From Candidatus Levyibacteriota bacterium (lineage in GTDB: Bacteria > Patescibacteriota > Microgenomatia > Levybacterales > GWA1-39-11), in the NCBI GenBank assembly GCA_018062815.1, contig JAGORM010000002.1, positions 92,325 to 156,324 of the forward strand: a stretch of DNA of 64,000 nucleotides, given 5' to 3'. The translations under genes were made by a program, and so were the position numbers. Each line of letters begins with the position of its first letter. The stretch's first letter is position 1. The notes beneath the pieces are model-generated. The model was given only the letters and a program-made list of their open reading frames with translations, searched no databases and was not told the DNA's origin. Of the stretch, positions 1 through 7,942 are shown piece after piece.

Positions 1-516
1 GAGGTGTCTTATTAAGTTAAGAAACGAGTGCAACCCCTATCTTGTGTTAAATATTCACAAGAGACTGCCCCGATTTTATCGGGGAGGAAGGAGGGGCGGA
101 CGTCAAGTCCGCATGGCCCTTATACCTTGGGCTACACACACCCTACAATGGCGAAAAACAATGCGTCGCAAGCCGGTAACGGCAAGCTAATCGCTGAAAT
201 TTCGCCTCAGTTCAGATCGAGGTCTGAAATTCGACCTCGTGAAGTCGGAATTGGTAGTAATCGCAAATCAGCAGGTTGCGGTGAATACGTTCTCGGGTCT
301 TGTACACACCGCCCGTCAAGGCAGCAAAGTCGGAAGCTATCGAATCCCACCTTTCTGTGTTTGATTTTAAGTATAGTTTTAAATCATTTTGAGATTTGAT
401 TTATTAAGCTAACTTTTTAATCGATCGTAGAAAGGTGGGAGAGATAGAGTTCGATGATGAGGCTTAAGTCGTAACAAGGTATCCCTAGCCGAAGCTGGGG
501 ATGGATCACCTCCTTT
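1..516 (+). rRNA. rrs: 16S ribosomal RNA, partial 3' end (about E. coli position 1070 to the end), with an AT-rich insertion at the tip of helix 44
   Basis: Conserved blocks are gcaacccctatc, ggaggaaggaggggcggacgtcaagtc, gggctacacacaccctacaatgg, gaagtcggaatt.gtagtaatcg, gtacacaccgcccgtca, aagtcgtaacaaggta and 3' ggatcacctcctttct (anti-SD). About 60 nt extra (tgtgtttgattttaag...cgatcgta) sit between cccacctttc and gaaaggtggg. Confidence 0.9.
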
Positions 517-766
517 CTAAATTTTTTTCCTATTACCTTTTTGGCGATAGGAAAACGATTTCGCTCGTCCAAGCGCCTTTAAGTACAAAAGGAATGGGCA
601 ACCATTCCTACCACTTTCTAAGCATCTTTAACTTTCTATCTACAAAGTGCAAAATAGTTGATGATAAACTCAACTGCTTTTGTATTTACTTGTGGATTTA
701 TATAATAAGCCTTGGGGAAATCCTGAGGTTTTTTTGTGGCTAAATTTAAAAAAAATAGAAGCTTTT

Positions 767-841
767 TGGAGGTACGGACGGGATTTGAACCCGTGAATGG
801 CGGTTTTGCAGACCGCTGCGTTACCACTTCGCCACCGTACC
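767..841 (-). tRNA. tRNA-Cys (anticodon GCA), CCA encoded
   Basis: Minus strand reads GGTACGGTGGCGAAGTGGTAACGCAGCGGTCTGCAAAACCGCCATTCACGGGTTCAAATCCCGTCCGTACCTCCA. It folds as a cloverleaf with anticodon loop CTGCAAA, a 3-bp D-stem, T-loop TTCAAAT and discriminator U typical of tRNA-Cys. Confidence 0.85.
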
Positions 842-1058
842 AAGTGTATGAATTGTACCAAATGGACAGCCTTAATTCTACAGAGTGGTATAATAAATAT
901 ATGAGTAAAGAAAGCGCAGGGGTTTCTGAGAAATTGAAAATAGCTGGTTTGCTGACATCAGCCATAGGTATATTAGTATCTACTGCACCACTAATTGCAT
1001 TAGGGGTATTAACGTATGTAGCAGGTAGTAGTATGTCTAATCGTCAAAAAACATAAAT

Positions 1059-1424
1059 ATGGTAAAAATTGAAGAAGAAGTATTTGAAGGAGTGGTTTTC
1101 TCAGAAGAGGATGAAATGTCTGCTTTAGATCACCAGATTTTGGCTGGTGAATGGAAGAATCTTACTAAAAATGAGTATTATCATAAGAGAACTCGAGCGG
1201 GCAAGATTATAGCCATGCATCAGGCAATCTCAAATCGTATAAAACAACTTGAAAAACTCTTTTACCCTCTTGTTCGTGACCATCCAGGAAGAGCAGAAAA
1301 GCTACTTATGGAGATTAAAAAGTTAAGATACTTACAGCAGTATTTACTACAAGCATATGTATGGGAAAATCAGGGAGAATTGAACGAGCATGAAATTCCA
1401 AGTGAGCTTGAAGACCTTCTGTAG
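1059..1424 (+). CDS. hypothetical protein (121 aa, acidic, cytoplasmic)
   Basis: Clean ORF between the two tRNAs; no recognisable motif. Confidence 0.35.
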   Translation: MVKIEEEVFEGVVFSEEDEMSALDHQILAGEWKNLTKNEYYHKRTRAGKIIAMHQAISNRIKQLEKLFYPLVRDHPGRAEKLLMEIKKLRYLQQYLLQAYVWENQGELNEHEIPSELEDLL

Positions 1425-1556
1425 ATATGTGTGTCGCAGTGGAACGGAATGCTCAATGCGCATGAGTTCATTTGCGATCTAAGCGATGACAAATGTAGGG
1501 ATGCAATTATTCGCCTCTTTCTTTAGGGTATGAATTATTTCTCCTGAAATCTAAAG

Positions 1557-1628
1557 TGGGTCGTAATGGAGTCGGACCATTCGCCTCTTTCTTATCAGGA
1601 AAGCGTTCTACCGCTGAACTAACGACCC
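1557..1628 (-). tRNA. tRNA-Ile (anticodon GAU), no encoded CCA
   Basis: Minus strand reads GGGTCGTTAGTTCAGCGGTAGAACGCTTTCCTGATAAGAAAGAGGCGAATGGTCCGACTCCATTACGACCCA. It has a canonical D-arm (GTTC AGCGGTA GAAC), anticodon loop CTGATAA and T-stem AATGG/CCATT. The T-loop TCCGACT is slightly atypical. Confidence 0.7.
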
Positions 1629-1829
1629 TCGGTATTAACGATTTCAGGAAAAATTTAATTGTAAAAGTTCATGTTCGCGGACAAAGTCCACCAACAAAGT
1701 TTTTTTAGGCGCACCCTATTAAAGGGATGACCATCACAAGTTTTGTTTACGCTGAGATAACAATCCCCGACATAATTACTTGATCTGATATTTTAACAAA
1801 AATGTAGGCATGAAGACAACATCATGTAT

Positions 1830-2576
1830 TTAGAGGAGGAAGATAATAATTCCACCTATTACTGTTATTACAATTCCGCCAATGATTCCGACCGTAGCTC
1901 CTATGGATCCACTAGGAGGGATAGTAGGTTGAATGGGCTGGCTAGTCGGAATAACAGGGTTGTTAACTATTGGCGGTGGGTTATTCACTGGAGGATTAAC
2001 CACAACCGGTGTTTTTGTAGGCGATGGAGTAGGAGTAGGCGTCAGTGTAGGAGTAGGCGTAGGAGTAGGTATTTTTGTTGGTGTAGGTGAGGGAGTAGGA
2101 GTAGGCGTCAGTGTAGGAGTAGGCGTAGGAGTGCTTACAGGAATAGTAGGGGTTGGGGTTGCCGTTGGAGGTGGAGGGGTGCAAGAACTGGTAGCACTTC
2201 CAACGCCACTGGGTCCGCATGTATTTTTTGCTATAACCTCACATCTGTATGATTTTCCTTCCTCTGGTTGGAATGTGATAGAAGTTGCCGTGGTGTTGCC
2301 TGCGAGTAATTGTGTATTTGTTGACAGGTCTATAATCTTATAATCATATGATGTTGCCCCCGATACCGCGTTCCATGAGCATTTTCCCGCATCAACTGGA
2401 CATGCATTAGGGGCTTGAGAGATGCGTTGAGGTGGCTGGGGTGTAGTTATTTTTTGAATAAGAAAAACCAGTGTCGGAATAACAATCACTAATGTAACGA
2501 TTCCTATAATAAGTATTTTTTTCTTTAGTTTTGTATTCATATTATTGACATATTCCGCTATAAATTGGCAAACCAT
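1830..2576 (-). CDS. surface protein with an N-terminal TM helix, an FN3-like domain, a Pro/Thr-rich repeat linker and a C-terminal hydrophobic anchor
   Basis: N-term MNTKLKKKILIIGIVTLVIVIPTLVF (likely true start near 2540). The linker has PTPTPTLTPTPTPSPT repeated. The C-terminal IGGIVITVIGGIIIFLL is hydrophobic. Confidence 0.55.
   Translation of the reverse strand: MVCQFIAEYVNNMNTKLKKKILIIGIVTLVIVIPTLVFLIQKITTPQPPQRISQAPNACPVDAGKCSWNAVSGATSYDYKIIDLSTNTQLLAGNTTATSITFQPEEGKSYRCEVIAKNTCGPSGVGSATSSCTPPPPTATPTPTIPVSTPTPTPTLTPTPTPSPTPTKIPTPTPTPTLTPTPTPSPTKTPVVVNPPVNNPPPIVNNPVIPTSQPIQPTIPPSGSIGATVGIIGGIVITVIGGIIIFLL
2030..2160. repeat. approximately 60-bp tandem direct repeat (2 copies) encoding the PTPTPTLTPTPTPSPT linker
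   Basis: gtaggagtaggcgtcagtgtaggagtaggcgtaggagt recurs about 60 bp apart within the CDS. Confidence 0.6.
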
Positions 2577-3549
2577 TTATATTAGACACGCTACAAATAC
2601 CGCTTATACAATCCGTAGGTACAGAGCATGAAGATCCTGGTTTTCCAACATTACTTTTAGGAGTTGGGGTAGCTGTTGGAGCTCTTGTTGGAGTAACTGT
2701 TGGTTGATTCCCCGTTGGGGTTATTGGTGTCTGATCTCCTGAAGTGGGAGAAGGAATAGGTGTGCTTATTTTAGGTGTAGGAGTAGGTATTACGCTTGAT
2801 CCGCCATCACAGCCGATACAGGTAACAATTACGCCTGCAGGAGTTCCAGGTACAGGACATGCTAACGTAGGCGTAGGAGTTCCAGGTACGTTTGTTGGCG
2901 GTGGGGTATTTCCAGGGGGTTGAGTTACTCCTACGGTAGGAGTAGGTATTTTTGTAGGCGATGGTGTTGGGGTAGATTCTGTTGTTGGTGTAGGCGAGGG
3001 TGTTGGAGGAGTTTCACAGTCAAAATAGAAAAAGAATGACATTTCCGTTCCGTTCCTACTTTTTATATTGTCTGACTGTGTTGCGTCTGGAAGATATACA
3101 TCAGGTGTCCCATCGCCTGCATACACCCTACATGTACCGTTAAATGATCCACCTGAGAAATAAGCGTTTACCTGAAGATTATCATCGCAGCCACCTGAAC
3201 TGCACCCAATTGTTTGGATGTCCCCATATGAGGCTGTGCCATTAAATGGTGAAGTAGTAGTTGAGTCTGATCTTTTTAAACATTTTACCTCGCTGGTGCA
3301 GGCAGGGGCTCCAACATCAATTCTAAAGACTTGATTTGGAGGAATATTCTTACCAGTTATCTTGAAATTAAGCCCAACAGAGTCTACAAAGTTTACTCCC
3401 GGGTAAATTTCAGATACAGGTACATTTCCTGCCCCTGGGCAAGTGTCCCAACTCTTTGCGCAAGCAACATTGTCAGAGGTGTTTATGCCAATAAAATAGA
3501 GTGCTATAAAAAATACGACCCCTATAAATATTTTTTTAATTCTGTTCAT
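2542..3549 (-). CDS. secreted protein with a signal peptide, Pro/Thr-rich linkers and a Cys-rich C-terminal knot
   Basis: N-term MNRIKKIFIGVVFFIALYFIG has the hydrophobic h-region of a signal peptide. PTPSPT tracts follow. The C-term reads SSCSVPTDCISGICS...SGICQ. Confidence 0.5.
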   Translation of the reverse strand: MNRIKKIFIGVVFFIALYFIGINTSDNVACAKSWDTCPGAGNVPVSEIYPGVNFVDSVGLNFKITGKNIPPNQVFRIDVGAPACTSEVKCLKRSDSTTTSPFNGTASYGDIQTIGCSSGGCDDNLQVNAYFSGGSFNGTCRVYAGDGTPDVYLPDATQSDNIKSRNGTEMSFFFYFDCETPPTPSPTPTTESTPTPSPTKIPTPTVGVTQPPGNTPPPTNVPGTPTPTLACPVPGTPAGVIVTCIGCDGGSSVIPTPTPKISTPIPSPTSGDQTPITPTGNQPTVTPTRAPTATPTPKSNVGKPGSSCSVPTDCISGICSVSNINGLPIYSGICQ

Positions 3550-3550
3550 A

Positions 3551-4405
3551 TCATCTTGAACTGTCTATGTACTGATTTACAGTATCATACTTTGAATTAT
3601 TTGCTTCTTTAACTTGAGCTAATATAATAGATCCGCCTGGGGATACTAAAACTTGAGATGTTTGACCTGGTTTAAGCATAAAAAATGCATCTTTAAATAA
3701 CGGATTCCAACTTGAATTTTTAGTTACATATTCATTTGTGAAAAGCTTTATTGTTGGGTCAAAGCTTGCAGAATTTTTAATTTGATTATATGCTTCTTCT
3801 AAGCTTTCTCCTTGTGTTGTGAGTGCACGAATTTGATTGAGAGTGTCTACGGCCTCACTTGCGTCTTTATCATAGGTGTCACTAAGTGGATTTTTAAAAA
3901 CGCTCACAAAATCTATAGTTCTTGAGTTAACAACCTGTTTTTCTAAACTATCCTCAGTTTTATTTTGAAGTGTTTGGTAGCTAGCGTCTTCGGTGGAGGA
4001 AATTTTAGAATTTGAAATTCCTGCTTTAATTGCTGCCTGTCTAATCTGAATGTTTTCTGCCGCGGCAGCGCGCAGTTTTGGATCGTTTTTTGCCTGATCG
4101 TAGTATGGTCCCCATATTTTTTTCATTTCACTATCTATTTCTGCTTTTGTTAAGGATGATGTAAGAGACTTTTCTTCAACGCTTACAGTGTTTTGGGTTT
4201 GGGTATTCAATTGATTAGATAAAAACAAAAAGGCGCCAACTGGTACTATAACAAGAAATCCAAGTATAACTCCTAACACATAAAACTTATTTGGCGAAAA
4301 TTTTTTATAAGACGGTGGATGAATATTTGCAGTATTCTCCATCTGAAGGTTTCTTTGCTGAATATATTTTTCGTATCTGTCTTTAAATTGATTTTGTGGA
4401 TCCAT
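3551..4405 (-). CDS. membrane-anchored protein with a degenerate PpiC-type (parvulin/SurA-like) C-terminal domain
   Basis: Single TM (FYVLGVILGFLVIVPVGAFLFL). C-term FMLKPGQTSQVLVSPGGSIILAQVKE loosely matches the parvulin FxLKPGEISxPVxTxxGYHIIKV. Confidence 0.4.
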   Translation of the reverse strand: MDPQNQFKDRYEKYIQQRNLQMENTANIHPPSYKKFSPNKFYVLGVILGFLVIVPVGAFLFLSNQLNTQTQNTVSVEEKSLTSSLTKAEIDSEMKKIWGPYYDQAKNDPKLRAAAAENIQIRQAAIKAGISNSKISSTEDASYQTLQNKTEDSLEKQVVNSRTIDFVSVFKNPLSDTYDKDASEAVDTLNQIRALTTQGESLEEAYNQIKNSASFDPTIKLFTNEYVTKNSSWNPLFKDAFFMLKPGQTSQVLVSPGGSIILAQVKEANNSKYDTVNQYIDSSR

Positions 4406-4476
4406 AAAGAAATAAAACCGATAAATTCGGGTACTTCTTTATAGTAGAGAGAAAGGGAAAAAGTGTCAAGGAGAAG

Positions 4477-5439
4477 TTAATCACCTCTTCTTGTTGCAAA
4501 TCCGCGAAGAAGTATGTTTAAATCCCGTGGATCCATGACTCCGTTATCATTTAAGTCAGAAAGTACTTTATATTCGTTTGTGCAATCTGTTCCAGCATAG
4601 CATGACAAAAGAATAGAATAGTCATTTATGTCTAATAAATTATTTGAAGATCCTTCTGATTGAATATCACCTGAGACCACCACAACAGGAGGTGTAGTCG
4701 CGGTTATACTTTGTGATAACTGATGAACTCCGGGTATAGTTTTTGTGAGTGAGTTTGCGGCGCGCACTTTTATGGTGTAAGGTCCGCTTGCAATATTATT
4801 AAATATTGCGTTTCCCTTATATACACCATTGTCATAGGTAAGTGTTGCGGTTGTTTTTCCTGCTTCAGTATTTTGCTCATCATATGCGTATACATCAAAT
4901 GCTCTGGAGGGGTGTTGCGGTTGGTTATTTTCTCCCAATGCAGTGTTTGAGCCAATTCCAGGAAGGGAAACTGCAAGAGTTATTGCTGCACCCTGTGATG
5001 TGCTCGGTGTTGTACTTAAAGCAGGAGAGGGTATGGGTGTTGCTGTAGGATTTGGAGTTGGAGTAACCATAATGCACTGAATGCAGTTGGTTTGATTTGG
5101 ATTATTAGGCGAGTCTTGGCAGGATTTTGCGAAACTTCCCTGATAGGGACCAGAGGGAATGTACTGCCAACATGAATATTGTCCGACTTCACAGGAGACA
5201 TGGTCGGTTCCGCCGCAATACTTAACTAATGTAGCGGAAGAAGGATTTTCGGATTCTGAGTTAGTTGTTGTAAAGTCCACGGAAGCTGCACGTTGACGGA
5301 TATCTTGCTGTTGGTTTGTAAGCATAACCGTTACCGGGATAGAAAGAATAAGAACAACAATTATCAGAGACCCTATCACCCTTTTTTTGGAAGAAAGGAA
5401 AAGTTCTTCAAAAATACTGCCAAAAGAGCTTGGATTCAT
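4477..5439 (-). CDS. secreted Pro/Thr-rich protein with a C-terminal dockerin-like Ca-binding repeat
   Basis: N-terminal TM is followed by LTNQQQDIRQRAAS. The C-terminus has GDIQSEGSSNNLLDINDYSILLSCYAG and SDLNDNGVMDPRDLNILLRGF. The second segment fits the dockerin loop D-x-N-x-N-G-x-x-D-x-x-D-L-x-x-L-L. Confidence 0.55.
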   Translation of the reverse strand: MNPSSFGSIFEELFLSSKKRVIGSLIIVVLILSIPVTVMLTNQQQDIRQRAASVDFTTTNSESENPSSATLVKYCGGTDHVSCEVGQYSCWQYIPSGPYQGSFAKSCQDSPNNPNQTNCIQCIMVTPTPNPTATPIPSPALSTTPSTSQGAAITLAVSLPGIGSNTALGENNQPQHPSRAFDVYAYDEQNTEAGKTTATLTYDNGVYKGNAIFNNIASGPYTIKVRAANSLTKTIPGVHQLSQSITATTPPVVVVSGDIQSEGSSNNLLDINDYSILLSCYAGTDCTNEYKVLSDLNDNGVMDPRDLNILLRGFATRRGD

Positions 5440-5517
5440 ATACTAATCATAGGTAGATTTTTTTATTTTTGCAAGACCTTGGGATTTGCTGTTTTATAAA
5501 AGTGCAGAATTTTAGAT

Positions 5518-5964
5518 TTAGTTTTCTGTAGTTGAAACAGTACAGGATGCAAGAGCGTTAGGTAAATTGTTCTCCATAGGTTTAGACGGATCAAGAAGTG
5601 ATATTTTCCAAGTAGTTTCAGGTTTATCAAATTTATAGATTATTGTGTCTTCCTTTTTTTCAACAATTGAATATCCATCTGCGGGTTCAATGTATGGTTC
5701 AGGTGCATATGGGTATGAGACTACTAAAAGTTCAGATGTTTCCCCCGGTCTTATTGTTCCAGGCGTAAAGATACATGCGGGTGTACTATCTGCTGCTTGT
5801 TGTCTGACATCTTGCTGCTGATTTGCAAGATAAAATGTTAAGGGGACAGCACCTAACACAAACAATACAAAAAACACGCTAATTGTTCTTTGCGGAGAGG
5901 AAAATAGTGCTTTTCCTAGTACATACCCAATTGAGCGTTTTTCAACAACTTTCATTCCATACAT
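5518..5964 (-). CDS. small secreted protein sharing the TM-NQQQDxRQxAA N-terminal module with the 4477..5439 protein
   Basis: The N-terminus reads VFFVLFVLGAVPLTFYLANQQQDVRQQAAD. Confidence 0.45.
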   Translation of the reverse strand: MYGMKVVEKRSIGYVLGKALFSSPQRTISVFFVLFVLGAVPLTFYLANQQQDVRQQAADSTPACIFTPGTIRPGETSELLVVSYPYAPEPYIEPADGYSIVEKKEDTIIYKFDKPETTWKISLLDPSKPMENNLPNALASCTVSTTEN

Positions 5965-6075
5965 ATCATAGTAACGTTTTTTTTATTTTGCAAGAAGAAA
6001 ATGTTACTTGCGAAATTATCCGGATTTGGATAGTATTGTTCCATACGTTCACTTTGGTAGAAAGTTTTTAAAATT

Positions 6076-6648
6076 ATGGTACTTTCAGACAGAGATATAA
6101 AAAAAGCATTAGAGGAGAAACGAATTGTTATCTCTCCCCAGCCTGACATATTAACTCAACTAGGATCTTGCTCAATAGATTTACGATTAGGAAATTTGTT
6201 TAGAATTTTCGATCACAGTAAGTATCCGTTCATAGATCCATACAAAAAAGATTACGGTGCAGATATAACACGTGAAGTAGAACTTAATGGTACAGACCAG
6301 TTTATTATGCAACCTGGAGATTTTGTGCTTGCCGTAACAATGGAAAAAGTAACAATTCCTGATAATCTGATGGGTAGATTAGAGGGTAGATCGTCATTGG
6401 GGAGGATGGGAATAGTTGTTCATTCGACCGCATCTATTTTTGATCCGGGGTGGAATGGGAAATGTGTTTTAGAATTGGGTAATTTAGGGCGTATGGCTGT
6501 TGCCCTTACTCCTGGGATGAGAATTTGTGCAATGACCTTTGAAGAGTTAAGTTCGCCCTCAGAAATGCCATACAGTAAAAGACAGGACGCAAAATACGTT
6601 ATGCAAGAAGGGCCAATAGAAAGCAAAATTGCGCAAGAGAGCCAGTAG
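6076..6648 (+). CDS. dcd: dCTP deaminase
   Basis: MVLSDRDIKKALEEKRIVISP...SIDLRLGNLFRIF...SSLGRMGIVVH...FDPGWNG matches Dcd/dUTPase-fold signatures. Confidence 0.8.
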   Translation: MVLSDRDIKKALEEKRIVISPQPDILTQLGSCSIDLRLGNLFRIFDHSKYPFIDPYKKDYGADITREVELNGTDQFIMQPGDFVLAVTMEKVTIPDNLMGRLEGRSSLGRMGIVVHSTASIFDPGWNGKCVLELGNLGRMAVALTPGMRICAMTFEELSSPSEMPYSKRQDAKYVMQEGPIESKIAQESQ

Positions 6649-6710
6649 TAGCAATTAGATAGTCGTATATATTACATATTTGAGAATTTATACTTACTAC
6701 ATACTGCTTA

Positions 6711-7406
6711 ATGCATAATACTATTATGAAATACAATATAAATCTTGATATATCACTTAAAGAAAACCCATATCCTGGTTCTTATATAGCTCTTGAAGGA
6801 ATAGATGGAAGTGGGAAAACAACTCAGGTAGAATTGCTTGCAAAATACTTTAGGTCTCTTGGAAAAGAAGTAGTAACAACCAGGGAGCCAAGAAAAGAAG
6901 GACTAATTGGTGATTTAGTTCAGAAGGTGCTTTTAGGAAAGGAAAAATTACCCTCGGTTTCGCTACAGTATCTTTTCTCCGCGGATAGATCAGCGCACCA
7001 CGAAGAACTTGTAGAGCCGTCTTTAAAAGAGGGGAAGATTGTAATCTCTGATAGATGTTTTTGGTCGGCAATTGTTTATGGAATACTTGACAGAACAGGC
7101 GGTAAGTATGACACTAACGTTTCTGATTTATTATTAATTTCACAATCAATTCTTTCTATGTATCATCAATTCATCATCCCTGACCATACGTTTTATCTTA
7201 GAATTTCTCTTGAAACGGCAATTAAAAGACTGAGTGGGAAAAAAGAAACTGTAGAAATTTATGAGGAAAAAAGTAAACTTGAAAAACTTATTACTGGGTA
7301 TGACTTCTTAGAGAAAAAGTTTTCAGATAACATAATAACGTTAAGTGGTGAAGGGGATACTGGTATGGTCACAAAACGTATTTTAGAAAGGATTAAAGAT
7401 AAGTGA
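6711..7406 (+). CDS. tmk: thymidylate (dTMP) kinase
   Basis: P-loop IALEGIDGSGKTTQVELLAKYF, then DRCFWSAIVYG (the DR(Y/F)xxS motif). Confidence 0.85.
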   Translation: MHNTIMKYNINLDISLKENPYPGSYIALEGIDGSGKTTQVELLAKYFRSLGKEVVTTREPRKEGLIGDLVQKVLLGKEKLPSVSLQYLFSADRSAHHEELVEPSLKEGKIVISDRCFWSAIVYGILDRTGGKYDTNVSDLLLISQSILSMYHQFIIPDHTFYLRISLETAIKRLSGKKETVEIYEEKSKLEKLITGYDFLEKKFSDNIITLSGEGDTGMVTKRILERIKDK

Positions 7407-7942
7407 TTTTAGAACCCAAGTTGCTTTTACAATTAGTTAAGAAAAATAAACTTGTTGAAAATCTTGCGGATAGGGAGTTAACAAATCCAGAGGGTGCAGG
7501 ATTTGATCTTCGAATTGGTAAGGTTTTTAAACTTCAGGGAGACTCATTTTTAGGAATTGATGAGCGTAAAACTCCAGATGTAAAACTTGTTGCAGAATTT
7601 AATCCTAAAAAGATATCTAAAATTGTTATAAAGCCGGGAGAAATTTATCTGACAGAAACATATGAAAAATTTAATATGCCGCTTGATTTAGTCGGGATTC
7701 TAAAGCCCAGAACAACACTTCAAAGGTCGGGAATTATTGCGCGTATGGCAATTGTTGACCCGGGGTATAGTGGGACGGTTCATCCGCTTTTATATAATGC
7801 CGGACCGGCAACTGTGACAATTGAAATGGGTGCGCGGTATATTTTTGCAATGTTTATGGAAATAAAAGGAAAAGGAAGTCAGTATAGAGGGCAATGGCAA
7901 GGTGGACGCGTCGCCGCAACAAAAAAAGAGAGACAAGTTTAA
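7403..7942 (+). CDS. second dCTP deaminase/dUTPase-fold protein; possibly a Dcd-type dUTP diphosphatase
   Basis: GAGFDLRIGKVF...KPRTTLQRSGIIARMAIVDPGYSG shows the Dcd/Dut family jelly-roll motifs but is distinct from 6076..6648. The start overlaps the tmk stop by 4 bp. Confidence 0.65.
   Translation: MILEPKLLLQLVKKNKLVENLADRELTNPEGAGFDLRIGKVFKLQGDSFLGIDERKTPDVKLVAEFNPKKISKIVIKPGEIYLTETYEKFNMPLDLVGILKPRTTLQRSGIIARMAIVDPGYSGTVHPLLYNAGPATVTIEMGARYIFAMFMEIKGKGSQYRGQWQGGRVAATKKERQV

Noticed and set aside
28-743. ORFs 28..399 and 501..743 in the track, overlapping the 16S rRNA 3' end and its downstream spacer
   Set aside because: The region is unmistakably 16S rRNA (universal blocks and the anti-SD tail), so the ORFs are spurious read-through of rRNA sequence.
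636-1056. ORFs 636..965(-), 670..861(-) and 736..1056(+) overlapping the tRNA-Cys gene
   Set aside because: They overlap a well-formed tRNA and AT-rich spacer, and have no coding signal.
1557-1628. Alternative plus-strand reading of the tRNA at 1557..1628 (the acceptor stem is palindromic)
   Set aside because: Only the minus-strand reading gives a canonical D-arm (GTTCAGCGGTAGAAC) and a 7-nt anticodon loop. The plus-strand fold lacks a proper cloverleaf.
1824-2343. Plus-strand ORFs 1824..2090 and 1933..2343 rich in GVGVG
   Set aside because: They are antisense products of the PT-repeat region of the 1830..2576 gene, a common artefact of low-complexity GC-rich repeats.
7902-7942. 41-bp overlap between the second Dcd-fold gene and the HAD gene, and the 35958..36010 overlap between alkD-like and nadM-like genes, as possible programmed frameshift or fusion
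   Set aside because: In both cases a conserved internal Met (MSSYRAYIFDLDG; MAKYKKALIVGRF) matches the expected N-terminus of the downstream family. The long overlaps are therefore ORF-caller over-extension.
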